DNA of 64,000 nucleotides from a virus (Duplodnaviria; Heunggongvirae; Uroviricota; Caudoviricetes): IMG/VR virus record IMGVR_UViG_3300037067_007156, positions 461,519 to 525,518 of that record; one strand, 5' to 3'. Shown piece by piece: positions 31,839 to 42,914 of this stretch (position 1 is its first letter; each line of letters starts with the position of its first letter). The notes under the pieces were generated by a model. It saw only the letters and a program-made list of their open reading frames with translations, ran no database searches and was not told where the DNA came from. The position numbers and the translations under genes were made by a program.

Positions 31839-32025
31839 TTTTTGTTTAATTACTTATAACGGTCGAGTGTAGTACAAGTAAGGGATTGCGGATTGCAAAC
31901 CTTTCAAACTATACCGACCAACAAGCGGGCTACAGCGCTTCAAATTTGCAGTAAAACCCTTATTGGTGCTACACTTTGTTAACCACCGTATTTTATTGTA
32001 TATTAAACATTTAAAATTATATATT

Positions 32026-34402
32026 ATGACAATTACATTATTTGTTGAGCCAAAATCATTAGTGATTTTTCTCGAAGTAACCAAAATTCTTAAAGGATTA
32101 GATTTAGAAAACAGCTACCATTTTACACCATCAGATTTGATTTTCAGCGAAGGAATGATTTCAAATTGGATTTGGATTAATATGGAAATTGAAGAATATT
32201 TAAAACTAAAATATTGCATTGGAAAGCTGTCATCGAAAACTTCGTAATTTAATTTTTTAAATTATTTAAAATATATAATTATGAGTAGTATGCTTACAAC
32301 AACAGCCTCAACTTTAAAAGCAGTACTTTGTTTTATTGACGCTGAAAAAACACCGAAAATCGCATTCGATGATGATTCATTGGCGATTCCTCTTATAAAT
32401 AAAATGAAAGAATCTCTTGGTGAAAGAGATGGTAGCCAAACTGTGTATATTAGTTTTAATGACGAGGAAGAAGAATTACTCAGACAGTTTAATGGAGTGT
32501 GTGGTAATATAAAAAATATATTCAGTTCGATTGAATATTGTACTAAACAATAATAATAGTGTATATTAAACAAAATTTCGATTGTACATATAGTGTGTGT
32601 GATTCACAAAATCATAGTTTACATACATTTCGTGATTACAATGAAGCTCAGAAATACATTCAATGTTTAATGGGTACACCATCGAATGAACCAAAAACAA
32701 AAAGTAAAGCTGAAATAAAAAGAGAAGAACGAAAGACGAAATTAAAAAAATTGTTTAATTTTGATTAAAATTAAATAATAAAAATATGGCACGGTTCTAT
32801 AAAGAAATTGATAAAGAAACTTTTTTGAAAAAAGTTCAAGATGTGATGAAAAGTGAAGATGAAAATGGTAATGATAAATACCCATATGTTCTTCCGAAAC
32901 CAATAGAAAAAGATTTAAAAAAAGTCAATTTTAGTTTTGAAAATTATAAATGGTTTGATGATACTTCTGGATTTAGTGATTACCCAATAGGATATAAAGA
33001 AATTGCACCAAACTTTCATATTTTCTTTACTCATGCAGGTGGTGATTGGGAATATCCAATATGTTTTATTTTTTATTGGGGTGATGATAAATTGAGAGCA
33101 TATATCCCAAGTGACGGAAACGCATGGAATAAAAAGGAAAAATGTGCGTATGGTTCTGAAAAGGATTATGATAATACAGAAGGTAATGCAGATGAAGTTC
33201 ATGATAAAGAAATAAGTGAAGAAAAAATGATAACAGAAATTCTTCATCATATCACAAAAAAATAATATAATGGAAAAAGAATTACAATTAGCCTTATTAG
33301 AAGGTATCTGGTTAATGAGGTGGAATAAGAAGAAAACTGCAATGTCAGCTGTTTTAACTGTCGAAGAAGCTCAACAGATGTGTAAAGATATTGTTGAAGA
33401 ATTAAATAATGCTGGTTACGAAATAGTCAAGAAAAAAGTGAAAGATATCAGAGTTCCTGTCGTAGGTGACCAATTAAAAGCTAAACACGATTATCTTGAT
33501 TTATTTCAAAAAGATGAAACTTATGAGATTTACCTAAAAGAAAACAATTTAGGTGATGACATGTTTTATTTATTTGAAATTAATTCTGGTAAAAAAATAT
33601 CAGACTGGGGACTAAAACTATACGAAATAAACTTACATTTTAATTTTTTAAATTAAAACATATGAATATTATTGAAGACTACTCAACTGGTATGAACTAC
33701 CTCGATGAACTTATTTCTTCATCTAAAGATAATAAACAAAAAGAAGCTTTTGAAGAAAGTAAACGTGCATGGGAAGAACAAACTAAAATTGAAAATAAAT
33801 ATAATAGTAAACATGGTATATTTACTATACCACAACTGTTTGAACCACATTTTAGAATTATTGGTGTAACAGAGTTAGGTAATTTAGTTATTAATTATTT
33901 AACTACATACGATGTTTAATCAAAAATATAGAACATTACAATGACTTTTGAAGAAAAAACATTGAATTTATTATCTATTATACCCAAAGAACAGAAAGAA
34001 CGGGTATTTGGACAACGGTGTTGTGATATAGATACTGAATTTATTGGATTTATTGAAATATATGAATATCTATCTTTAATTATACCTAAAAACTTCACAA
34101 TTGTCGATTTGGGTTGTGCTTATAATCCTCAATGTTTTTACTTCATTAATCATAAAAAATATATAGCTGTTGATATTAGTGAATGTGAAAAGTTCAAAAC
34201 TGATAATTGTGAAATATATCAAAAAACCATATCAGATTTTATTAAAAACGACCTTATAACTCTTAATTTGAAAGAAACATTTGCAATATGTAATTATGTT
34301 CCATCTTGGGGTGATGATAATATGAAACTTGTCCGAGAATCGTTTATCAATGTTTTTGTTTATTATCCGTATAGTGAAAAAGTGTTAAATTTTAAATTTT
34401 AA
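32026..34402 (+). CDS. run of small hypothetical genes (about 32026-32247, 32281-32553, 32559-32768, 32786-33265, 33270-33656, 33662-33919) and a SAM-methyltransferase-like gene at 33941-34402
   Basis: Contiguous co-oriented ORFs; IVDLGCAY...YIAVD in the last one. Confidence 0.55.
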
Positions 34403-34488
34403 TATTCGTTTAGGGTTAAATATTGAAGTATATTTTTGAATATGATTTCACTTTAAAGAAAAATAAACAGGGATATTTTTATTTTTGT

Positions 34489-34767
34489 TTATTTATCAAT
34501 TTTCAACCACATTTTTTTAGGACATTCCTCTGATTTAACATTTATTTTAGCTGGAATATAACAAGAACACACTTTACATATATTTATTGATGACCTTTCT
34601 CTACATAAAAAACATATTTTAGCCCTTCGTTCTAAGAATGACTCATTTTTATTTTTACCTATTATTAAGTTAGTCCACCCTTCTACAATATTAGCAGTTT
34701 TTTGTGTAGCTTTATTAATAATATTTTTTGTGTAAGATGTCTTGTTGTTATTACAATTACAGCCCAT
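34489..34767 (-). CDS. small Cys-rich protein (DUF6171-like)
   Basis: RAKICFLC...CKVCSCYIPAK...CPKKMW. Confidence 0.6.
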   Translation of the reverse strand: MGCNCNNNKTSYTKNIINKATQKTANIVEGWTNLIIGKNKNESFLERRAKICFLCRERSSINICKVCSCYIPAKINVKSEECPKKMWLKIDK

Positions 34768-35011
34768 TAAAAGTTTTTGTAATTATATATTAAATTAATT
34801 ATTTGTCTAATAATTTTTTTATTAATTATTATTTTTATATTTTTGATACCAAATTTATAAAAATGTTTATATGAGTGATATTAAAAAATCTAAAAAATCA
34901 TTGTTCACCGAAATCGTTGAACAGGTCACTTATAATGTAGATAAATTATCTAAAGAAGATTTAGGTGATATCCTTGAATATATTAAACAAAAAAACAATA
35001 AATAAACACAC

Positions 35012-36235
35012 ATGAAAACAATCGATATTTTAAAAAAGGTAAAAGAAGGTTCAATGACCATAGAAGATGCTGCTCGTGATATCGATGAAAAACAGTTATT
35101 ATCTGAACATCCTTCCTCTATTTTTCCATATTTTGGTATGATGGATAGATTTTTTGAATCTGATGATATAGGTTCACTTTATTCCATATATAAAAGAAAT
35201 ATTAATATTGGTTTGGTTAGACCTTCTGTTTTCCACATAGAGGCTGAACTATATAATAATATTTTTATTATGAATAACGAAGCGAAAATTGTTATTGATT
35301 CTGATGAATATCGAGTTATAAATTTTGAAACAATTCCAGCCTTCTTTTATTATGCACAAAAATTCAACTGGACAAAAACAAAAATATTTAATTTATCTTC
35401 CGAAGATGTTAACGAAATTTATTTAATTATCAACAGAAAACTTATAATAACCGATTCACCAGATAGAATGTATCTTATATGTTCAAAAACGAATACGTTT
35501 ATTAATACACTTAACGAATCATCTGTTGATAATCTTCGTAAACTTCAATCAATAATTGGAGAGAATATTGTTCCTTTAAGTTTGATTTTATCAAAAATGT
35601 ATGTTGAGGTGAGAACAAACGAAAATATATTTATAGTAAAGGATAAAAACTTAAAATATAGTGTTATAAATAAAAATGGTGACATTATAACCAACTGTTT
35701 ATATGATAATATAAATGATTTTAGAGAGGGTGTATCTATTGTTAGACTTGATAACAAGAAGGGTTTTATTGATAAAAACGGTAAACTAATTGTTGATGTC
35801 AAATATGATGAAATTCATTTTTATAGAGAAAATAAAATTGTGGCCGCTATTGAAAATAAGTATTGTATATTAAATATGTGTGGTGAAATTGTTATACCAG
35901 CAATATATAATTACATAGACACTAAAAAGTATAATGATATATATTATTTTTTGTTAATTAAAGATGGATTATGTGGTATACTTGATTTCAATTGTAATGT
36001 TATATTAGAAACTATTTATAAGAATTTACAATATATTAAAAATGGTTTTTTTACTTTTAGAAGTAATGACGACAATTATATTGGTGTTATTGATATTAAG
36101 GGTAAAATGATTTTAACCCCAGAATATAAAAACGTAAATATTAATAGACTTAATATTGAAGCGTCTGGTTTTAAAGATGATAAAAAAACAAAAGTATATC
36201 GGTTTGATTTCAATGGTGAATTAATTAAAGAATAA
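35012..36235 (+). CDS. WG-repeat (KWG-like) protein
   Basis: Repeats such as KGFIDKNGKLIVDVKYD, YCILNMCGEIVIPAIY, IGVIDIKGKMILTPEY. Confidence 0.8.
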   Translation: MKTIDILKKVKEGSMTIEDAARDIDEKQLLSEHPSSIFPYFGMMDRFFESDDIGSLYSIYKRNINIGLVRPSVFHIEAELYNNIFIMNNEAKIVIDSDEYRVINFETIPAFFYYAQKFNWTKTKIFNLSSEDVNEIYLIINRKLIITDSPDRMYLICSKTNTFINTLNESSVDNLRKLQSIIGENIVPLSLILSKMYVEVRTNENIFIVKDKNLKYSVINKNGDIITNCLYDNINDFREGVSIVRLDNKKGFIDKNGKLIVDVKYDEIHFYRENKIVAAIENKYCILNMCGEIVIPAIYNYIDTKKYNDIYYFLLIKDGLCGILDFNCNVILETIYKNLQYIKNGFFTFRSNDDNYIGVIDIKGKMILTPEYKNVNINRLNIEASGFKDDKKTKVYRFDFNGELIKE

Positions 36236-36268
36236 TTTTTATTAACTAACAAATAAAACAATACAAAA

Positions 36269-36871
36269 ATGAGTAAAACAACAAAATGGATTATTGCAGG
36301 TTCTGTATTAGGACTTATTGCAATTTTAACTATATCCATAATTGGATATAATTGGCGAGTTGATAACAAGCTGAAAGATGCTAAAAACCTATTTATCGCT
36401 CAGTATGATGTTTGTAAAGTATCACATGATGAGATGGTTAAAATCATTAAACAAACAGCTAATGTATCAGACCATTTTATGGATAAATATGGTGAAAATG
36501 TAATCGCTGAACTTGTAAAAGGCCGGGAATCAAAAGGTGAAGTTATGCGTTGGATAACTGAAGATAATCCCGAATTTAATGGTGATATTCTTTATAAAAA
36601 GTTAATGGATAATATTGAAGTTGAACGCATGAAATTTACACGGGCGCAGACAAGAGCCATTGATATTCGCAAAGAAATTATGAATATGATTGAAAATAAA
36701 CCCCAATGTATTTTTGTCGATAAGAAATATAAAGATTATACACTGATTGATGGTAAAAAGGTTTACGCTGATGAACAAGTTCAAATGATATATTCATATA
36801 AACCTGTCACTTCAACTCGTACCGAAAAAGTATTTGAAACTGGTGTAGATGACGATATTGAAGTATTTTAA
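36269..36871 (+). CDS. membrane-anchored phage protein
   Basis: N-terminal TM helix; adjacent to a multi-TM gene. Confidence 0.65.
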   Translation: MSKTTKWIIAGSVLGLIAILTISIIGYNWRVDNKLKDAKNLFIAQYDVCKVSHDEMVKIIKQTANVSDHFMDKYGENVIAELVKGRESKGEVMRWITEDNPEFNGDILYKKLMDNIEVERMKFTRAQTRAIDIRKEIMNMIENKPQCIFVDKKYKDYTLIDGKKVYADEQVQMIYSYKPVTSTRTEKVFETGVDDDIEVF

Positions 36872-36891
36872 ATTTTAAATAAAAAAAAGAA

Positions 36892-38154
36892 ATGGGAATA
36901 GAATATTTTATTAATCTGTTTTTCTCTGCTACTGTTATCATAATAATCTTAGCTGTTAAACAATTAAGAGTGCGTGTAAACTGGTGGGAAATGTTGATGA
37001 TAATACTAATCCCATTTCTTTTTTCTCTGCTTTTTATATCAATTGTAATAAATCAAAAAACTAAAACTACTGAATATTACGGTTCTGTTGTCACCAATTT
37101 ATATGAAAGAGAACCGTATAATGAATGGCATCACGAAATTTGTCATCGGGATGTCCCTTGTGGAACAGATAAAGACGGCAATACTATATATTGTTCAGAA
37201 CCTTATGATTGCTCACATCAGGATGACTATTGTGCTGATTGGTATTTGAAAACAAATATAGGCGAAAATATAAATCTTAATGAACAAGATTATTATTATT
37301 TCTTAAATAAAATAGGTGGTCAAAGAAATGTTATAGACCAGATTGAAAATTATGCCCCCAGAGATAAAGTGAAAACTTGCTGGGATAATAAATCTAAATT
37401 TAAAGGAAAATGTGTTGGTGAAATATCTAATAAATATGAATCAATAATTTCAATTACTTCTCCTTTATCTAAACAAATTGGCGTGATTACAGAACACACA
37501 TACGAAAATCGTTTAAAAAATACCGATTATTCCGTATTCGGATACCAAAAAGTTGATACAGCAGATGTTAAATATTTTGGTTTGTATGAATTACCAAACC
37601 CCGAAAACTATTTTTATCAAGAAATTATACTGGGTGAAAATATATCACCTAAAATCCAAGAATATTTTAATACAATGAATGGATGGATTGGTAGTAAAGA
37701 TTCTTGTAGAGTATTCATTTGTCTTTTCAAAAATAAACCTCAATCAGTTGGTTTATTACAAGAATCTTATTGGGTTGGTGGTAACAAAAATGAAATAACT
37801 ATATGTATTGGATTAGATAATAACGATTCCATTCAATGGGTATATCCTTTCTCACATTCTTTTACAAAATCTGGTACATTACAACAAGATTTAAAAGACT
37901 TTTTTTATAACTTACCTAAACTGACTGATAATGTGTGGTATATTGTAGCAGATAATTTACTTATACAGATTCATAGTAAATTTCATAGAATTGAATTTAC
38001 TAATCCATCTGAAGGATTTTCTTATTTAAGAATAGACCCGCCACAATGGGCAGTTATACTTAATATTATACTCACGTTACTTATATGTCTTGGTGTGACG
38101 GCTTTTTCAGTTTTTAACAAATTTGATAATAAGTTATTAAAAAATAACGAATGA
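36892..38154 (+). CDS. membrane protein with large periplasmic domain
   Basis: Two N-terminal TM helices, YWVGGNKNE motif, C-terminal TM helix. Confidence 0.65.
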   Translation: MGIEYFINLFFSATVIIIILAVKQLRVRVNWWEMLMIILIPFLFSLLFISIVINQKTKTTEYYGSVVTNLYEREPYNEWHHEICHRDVPCGTDKDGNTIYCSEPYDCSHQDDYCADWYLKTNIGENINLNEQDYYYFLNKIGGQRNVIDQIENYAPRDKVKTCWDNKSKFKGKCVGEISNKYESIISITSPLSKQIGVITEHTYENRLKNTDYSVFGYQKVDTADVKYFGLYELPNPENYFYQEIILGENISPKIQEYFNTMNGWIGSKDSCRVFICLFKNKPQSVGLLQESYWVGGNKNEITICIGLDNNDSIQWVYPFSHSFTKSGTLQQDLKDFFYNLPKLTDNVWYIVADNLLIQIHSKFHRIEFTNPSEGFSYLRIDPPQWAVILNIILTLLICLGVTAFSVFNKFDNKLLKNNE

Positions 38155-38256
38155 AAAACATGAGCGTGAATTTGACAATTAGTAAATAATCAAAGTGTCA
38201 TTAAGTTTATCATTTTTATAAAAAATTAAAACAGTTTACATCAAATAAATCTAAAT

Positions 38257-38547
38257 ATGGAACAATTTAGCAATGCCATTTTACTCACTGGTGGAAAAAA
38301 TATTATTAAACGACCTTTTAAAAAAGAAAGTATTATCATAGGAATTAAAGGTAACACTGAAGAATTTAAAGTACTTGGTTATATTAATCATTTAATGGTT
38401 TTAAAACCATTAAATGATGCAGCATTTTTAACTGAAAAGGAAGAATTACCAGAACTTAAGAAATTTGCTTTAAAAAATGGTTATAAAGCTATCGATAGAC
38501 CCATATTAATACATTATCGATATGCTGACCGATATCAGAAAAAATAA
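38257..38547 (+). CDS. hypothetical protein
   Basis: 96-aa ORF. Confidence 0.55.
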   Translation: MEQFSNAILLTGGKNIIKRPFKKESIIIGIKGNTEEFKVLGYINHLMVLKPLNDAAFLTEKEELPELKKFALKNGYKAIDRPILIHYRYADRYQKK

Positions 38548-38625
38548 TTGTTAACTTGATATTTACATTTTAAGGTTTTGTTAAATGATAATTAATTATT
38601 ATTTTTGACCCAAATATACTAATTT

Positions 38626-39492
38626 ATGTATAATAAATTCGTTTGGATTATTGAAAAATATGTGTTCGATGAATACGAACAGAAACTTATAGATGCTATA
38701 AAGGCTACTGATAGTGAATATATTGTTTATGATTATAATTCAATTGATTCCAATCTTGAATCCGATTTAGTTCAAAAATTAATACCAAGTAATATAGTTA
38801 TATTTCACGGTGGACTTCAACTTGGGAGAAAAATGTTAAAACTTTCTCTTTATCCTTGTACTTTTTTAACCATTGAAAATTATGAATGTTATAAATATTA
38901 TGGTTTTTATGGAAACCATCTTTTAAATTCTGATTATATGATGATGGGTCTCAACGATGTTGAGAGAAATAAAGAAATCATCTTTAATAGGTTTAATACT
39001 TCAAAAATATTCATACGCCCTTCTAATGGATATAAATCTTTTACAGGTCAGTGTTTGTCATTTGATAATTTCAAAAATGATTTAGAATTATTGAAAATAT
39101 CTTATGGTGGATTAGATTTAACTCAATTAGTAGTTATTTCTTCACTAAAAGACCTTGAAGAAGAATATCGTTTTGTAGTTGTGGATGGGAAAATAGTATC
39201 TGGAACTATGTATTTAGATAAAAATAATAGACCTTCATATTATGCGTATTATGATAAACCATGTATGGATAATAAAGCTGAAGAGTATGCAAACTTATTA
39301 TTAGGATTATATGTACCAGATTCAGCTTTTACTATGGATATAGTTCGTTTATCCAGTGGTGAATATAAATTGGTTGAAATTAATTCCTTTAATTGTGCCA
39401 GTATGTATGGGGGTGATTATAAACGAATTGTTGAAGCGATTAATGAATTAAGTTACAACGAATATATGGAAGTGTACGGACGCATTAATTAA
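38626..39492 (+). CDS. ATP-grasp protein (R2K/DUF4343-like)
   Basis: FIRP...KSFTG, EYRFVVVDG, TMDI, VEINSFN. Confidence 0.8.
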   Translation: MYNKFVWIIEKYVFDEYEQKLIDAIKATDSEYIVYDYNSIDSNLESDLVQKLIPSNIVIFHGGLQLGRKMLKLSLYPCTFLTIENYECYKYYGFYGNHLLNSDYMMMGLNDVERNKEIIFNRFNTSKIFIRPSNGYKSFTGQCLSFDNFKNDLELLKISYGGLDLTQLVVISSLKDLEEEYRFVVVDGKIVSGTMYLDKNNRPSYYAYYDKPCMDNKAEEYANLLLGLYVPDSAFTMDIVRLSSGEYKLVEINSFNCASMYGGDYKRIVEAINELSYNEYMEVYGRIN

Positions 39493-39500
39493 ATAACCCT

Positions 39501-40010
39501 ATGAAAAAAATTATTTTATTTATTTTGTTTTTTGTTGCATTTATATCTATAAATGCCCAGACAATCTTATTTGACCAGATATCATCTGGTATATCTTTGA
39601 ATAAATATCATACATATTGTATGTATAGATATAACTATGTGGAAGATAATATGTACAAAACAACTTTATATGATGTTGATACATTTGTAATCGGTGCAAT
39701 TGTAAATAAGAGACATTTTGTTAGTGGTATTTTTATGTGCGGTTATCCACAAACATCAATGGATATACACTCAAAATTAAAAAAATGGGTATCTAAATTT
39801 TCAAGTGACTTAAAAAAAGTATATGGTCAACCAGTTTATAGTCGAGTATGGGATAAAAATTTTTTAGTTAATACTGACGAATTGGTTACTATTTATAAAT
39901 TTAAAAATGGAAATGTTGAATTAACTTTAGATATATCAGAGAATAATGGATTCTATTATGTCTATATGGAAATATTAGATTTGAAATTTTATGATGGTGA
40001 AAAAAATTAA
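39501..40010 (+). CDS. secreted hypothetical protein
   Basis: Bacteroidota-style signal peptide MKKIILFILFFVAFISINA-Q. Confidence 0.6.
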   Translation: MKKIILFILFFVAFISINAQTILFDQISSGISLNKYHTYCMYRYNYVEDNMYKTTLYDVDTFVIGAIVNKRHFVSGIFMCGYPQTSMDIHSKLKKWVSKFSSDLKKVYGQPVYSRVWDKNFLVNTDELVTIYKFKNGNVELTLDISENNGFYYVYMEILDLKFYDGEKN

Positions 40011-40022
40011 AAAATAAAAATT

Positions 40023-40623
40023 ATGATAATTACTTGGAAAAGTTTAATTAACGAAAAATCATGGTTGAATTCTTGTATTATGAATTCTTTAACTGGTGAA
40101 TGTATCGAAAGCGGTCGTGAAAAACAACAATACGAAGTTAAATTATTGGTTAATGGCATAGAACTTGAACCAAAATTGTTAGAGGATTTAATTTTAAATG
40201 TTGTTAAACACATCGATATTGAAGCATTGAAAGTAGCCGATGATAAATTAAAGGACGCATTACATGACGTTGAAGATTTGAACGATATCATCAAAGAAGT
40301 TTCGTATAAAATACGGGATAAATTCGATATTCCCAATTTAGAACATGATGGTGATAACTATTAAAAAAATTGTTATACCAGAAGATTCAAAAATACCAGA
40401 AGTTATTCAGCATCTTATAGATAAGATGGAAGAAAAAAATATGAAAATTGTTTTTGGTCTGGAAGCACAAGGACATATTCCTACTATCGAAAGAATACTT
40501 GATGAGTTGGGAAGTAATGAATATTCTTGGAATAAAATTGGAAAAGAAATTAACTGGTGTCCTAAGACGGCCTGTTATCATTATGTAACATATTTACGTT
40601 CGAAAATTAAAAAATTAATTTAA
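40023..40623 (+). CDS. two hypothetical proteins (40023-40364, 40345-40623)
   Basis: Co-oriented ORFs. Confidence 0.55.
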
Positions 40624-41113
40624 ATTGTATGAATGAATTAGAATTAAAAGAATACTTAAAGAATCATCTGAAAGTCAAAGTTTCTCAATCACATCGTGGG
40701 AAAATTGTAGTGGAATTATTATTGGATGATGAAGTAATAACAGAAGATAGTTCATCTATGTACGGTAGTGGTAAATGTGGCCCGATGTAAATAATATTAG
40801 TATACTTTCTAATAATTTCAAACAGTCTTCTATTAAAAAAATAAATAAAAACGAGAATAATCATGGAAATAGTTAAAAGAGGAAATCCAGAAGGTAAAAC
40901 AGTTGAGAGAACGTGTGAAAACTGTGAAACAATAATACGTGCTAAAGTATCCGAATTTAATAAGGGTGGTTCACATGGTGTTTATTTGAAATGTCCCATA
41001 TGTGGTTGGTTTATTTATTATTAAAATGAATTTTTTTTTTATAATTTTTTTATATATTTTTACCAAATAATAATAAAAATATAAAATTATAAATAACTTA
41101 AATACGAAAACAA

Positions 41114-41320
41114 ATGAGTGATAAACCAGAAAAACCACAATTAAATACACCTGTTGTTGATGGTAATTTTTATTGGGTTCGTCCTTTTTACGGAAAGGAT
41201 TTTGAACCAGCAAAAGCAAAATATCGTTATGGTAGCAAAGAATTATTTTTTGGATTTACTGATGGAAGTGTAATGGAAGTAAAACGTGCTTGGGAAGTCA
41301 AACCATTAAATTACTGTTAA
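41114..41320 (+). CDS. solitary cassette fusion ORF
   Basis: KPQLNTPV-V junction; GTTGATGGTAATTT (41156) complementary to AAATTACTGTTAAC (41308-41321). Confidence 0.7.
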   Translation: MSDKPEKPQLNTPVVDGNFYWVRPFYGKDFEPAKAKYRYGSKELFFGFTDGSVMEVKRAWEVKPLNYC

Positions 41321-41382
41321 CGATATAATATTAATCTCTCTTAAGTTAAACATAACTTATAAATATTTAAATACCCTAAAAT

Positions 41383-41769
41383 ATGTATATAGAATTCATA
41401 AATCAGACTAATAACGCTTCTATGATGACTGCTACTGAATCGTGTATAGCTGCTGATTTAGGTATGTCATATGATTATGATGGTAAGTTGTCTGAAAATA
41501 CAACTAAGGAAACCTTCAAATCTTTTTTCAATTTTTATGATACAAATTTTGATGGTGTAGAACTTGACGATATAAATGGTGAAAGACAAGTTATTGTTTG
41601 TTTTGTAGAAAATGGTCAATACTGGGCGTGTAGTAGTAAATCCACCATTAAACTGAAAATGTATAATCGCACACTCAAAGAAAAATGGGATTTGATTTAT
41701 ATTGCATGTTCTCTATATTTAAATTTAGATGTGGAGATTGATGAAAACGTTTATGATTTGATTGATTAA
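41383..41769 (+). CDS. hypothetical protein
   Basis: 128-aa ORF. Confidence 0.6.
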   Translation: MYIEFINQTNNASMMTATESCIAADLGMSYDYDGKLSENTTKETFKSFFNFYDTNFDGVELDDINGERQVIVCFVENGQYWACSSKSTIKLKMYNRTLKEKWDLIYIACSLYLNLDVEIDENVYDLID

Positions 41770-41922
41770 TTATGGAAGATTCAATCATTATCAATTTGAG
41801 GGTATTAAACCAAGAATGTCGTGATAAAATCGAAAAGATTTTAGATACTCCGTTAAATGTTGTTCCTGATGAGGTAAACGAAGAAGTGTTGGAAGTATTT
41901 CGAAATTTTTCAGAATAGTAAG

Positions 41923-42570
41923 ATGAGAGATGAAATTCGTTTAATAAAGAAAATGGATGTAAACACATTACATCGGTTTGATTTCCAGAAATGTTATAAT
42001 AACTGGCTGCATGAACATTTTATTTTATATAAATCTCCAGCACCCATCCGTTTAAAAAAGGAAATACAGAAAATAAAAATATTATGGATTAAAGACGAAT
42101 TCCTTCTTTTTAGAATTTTATCAAAGGATTATTTAAAAACTGGTTATACTTGTCCAAAATGTGGGAGCAGTAAGGGGTTTATACCTACCAGATATAAAGT
42201 TATTGGTAAAGTATTGGAAACCCAAAAATGTGTGAAGGTGGAAAAACCTCGTACATTATCTTGCAGTGAATGTTCATTCACTTTTAATCCTCTGTCTACC
42301 ACAGCATATCGAAATGTAAAATATGATTTAAGAAAAATTTTCTTTTATCAATACATAAGTGAGGAAGGTATAATCGATTATCCGATTCGAACTATAATGA
42401 GAATATTAGATATAAGTTACCAGACAGCTAAAAAAATTAAACAACAAGTATCTGCAATGGAAAAACCATTTTCTGATGAAGAATTAAATAAATATATTTC
42501 CAACAAAACCGATGAACATCCTATGATTAAAGTATTATTACAATTAGGAAAATTAAAATATAACTCATGA
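41923..42570 (+). CDS. Zn-ribbon/HTH protein resembling an IS1595 transposase N-terminus, no DDE domain
   Basis: CPKCGS...CSECSFTFNPLSTT...ILDISYQTA. Confidence 0.5.
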   Translation: MRDEIRLIKKMDVNTLHRFDFQKCYNNWLHEHFILYKSPAPIRLKKEIQKIKILWIKDEFLLFRILSKDYLKTGYTCPKCGSSKGFIPTRYKVIGKVLETQKCVKVEKPRTLSCSECSFTFNPLSTTAYRNVKYDLRKIFFYQYISEEGIIDYPIRTIMRILDISYQTAKKIKQQVSAMEKPFSDEELNKYISNKTDEHPMIKVLLQLGKLKYNS

Positions 42571-42914
42571 AAAATATATTCTATACATTTTTATTATTAC
42601 CGTTTATAATCAATGCCCAAGATAATAAATACCTACCATTGATAAACAAAGGTGTGGTTATCACACATCAAAATTATATTTTATCATATGTTGAAGAATA
42701 TGAAGGTAGTGAGTGGGTTGCTTATGAACTAACATATCCTGAAACAAAAAACAATGTAGATAGGAGAGATGGTGATTTTTTTGAGGATGATTCAGTTGAA
42801 ACTGGTTCTGCTACACATAAAGATTACACAAACACTGGTTATGATAGAGGATATTTAGCTCCAGCAGGTGATATGAATTTTGATTTACTGGCTATGCTGG
42901 AAAGTTTTAATATG

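Larger units (their letters stand above)
29890..31984 (+). mobile_element. integron-like cassette array 2 (at least five cassettes, partly decayed)
   Basis: Complementary cassette ends 29890/30118, 30450/30563, 30884/31096, 31216/31438, 31545/31860; junction stems 31443-31461 with 31525-31543 and 31866-31884 with 31957-31975. Confidence 0.7.

Noticed and set aside
31861-31920. tRNA-Cys-like sequence (GGTCG...GCGGATTGCAAA...CGACCA)
   Set aside because: Only 60 nt with no proper D or T stems; better explained as part of the attC-like hairpin with an alternative local pairing.
41923-42570. Active IS1595 transposon
   Set aside because: Only the Zn-ribbon/HTH part is present; no DDE domain or terminal inverted repeats seen.
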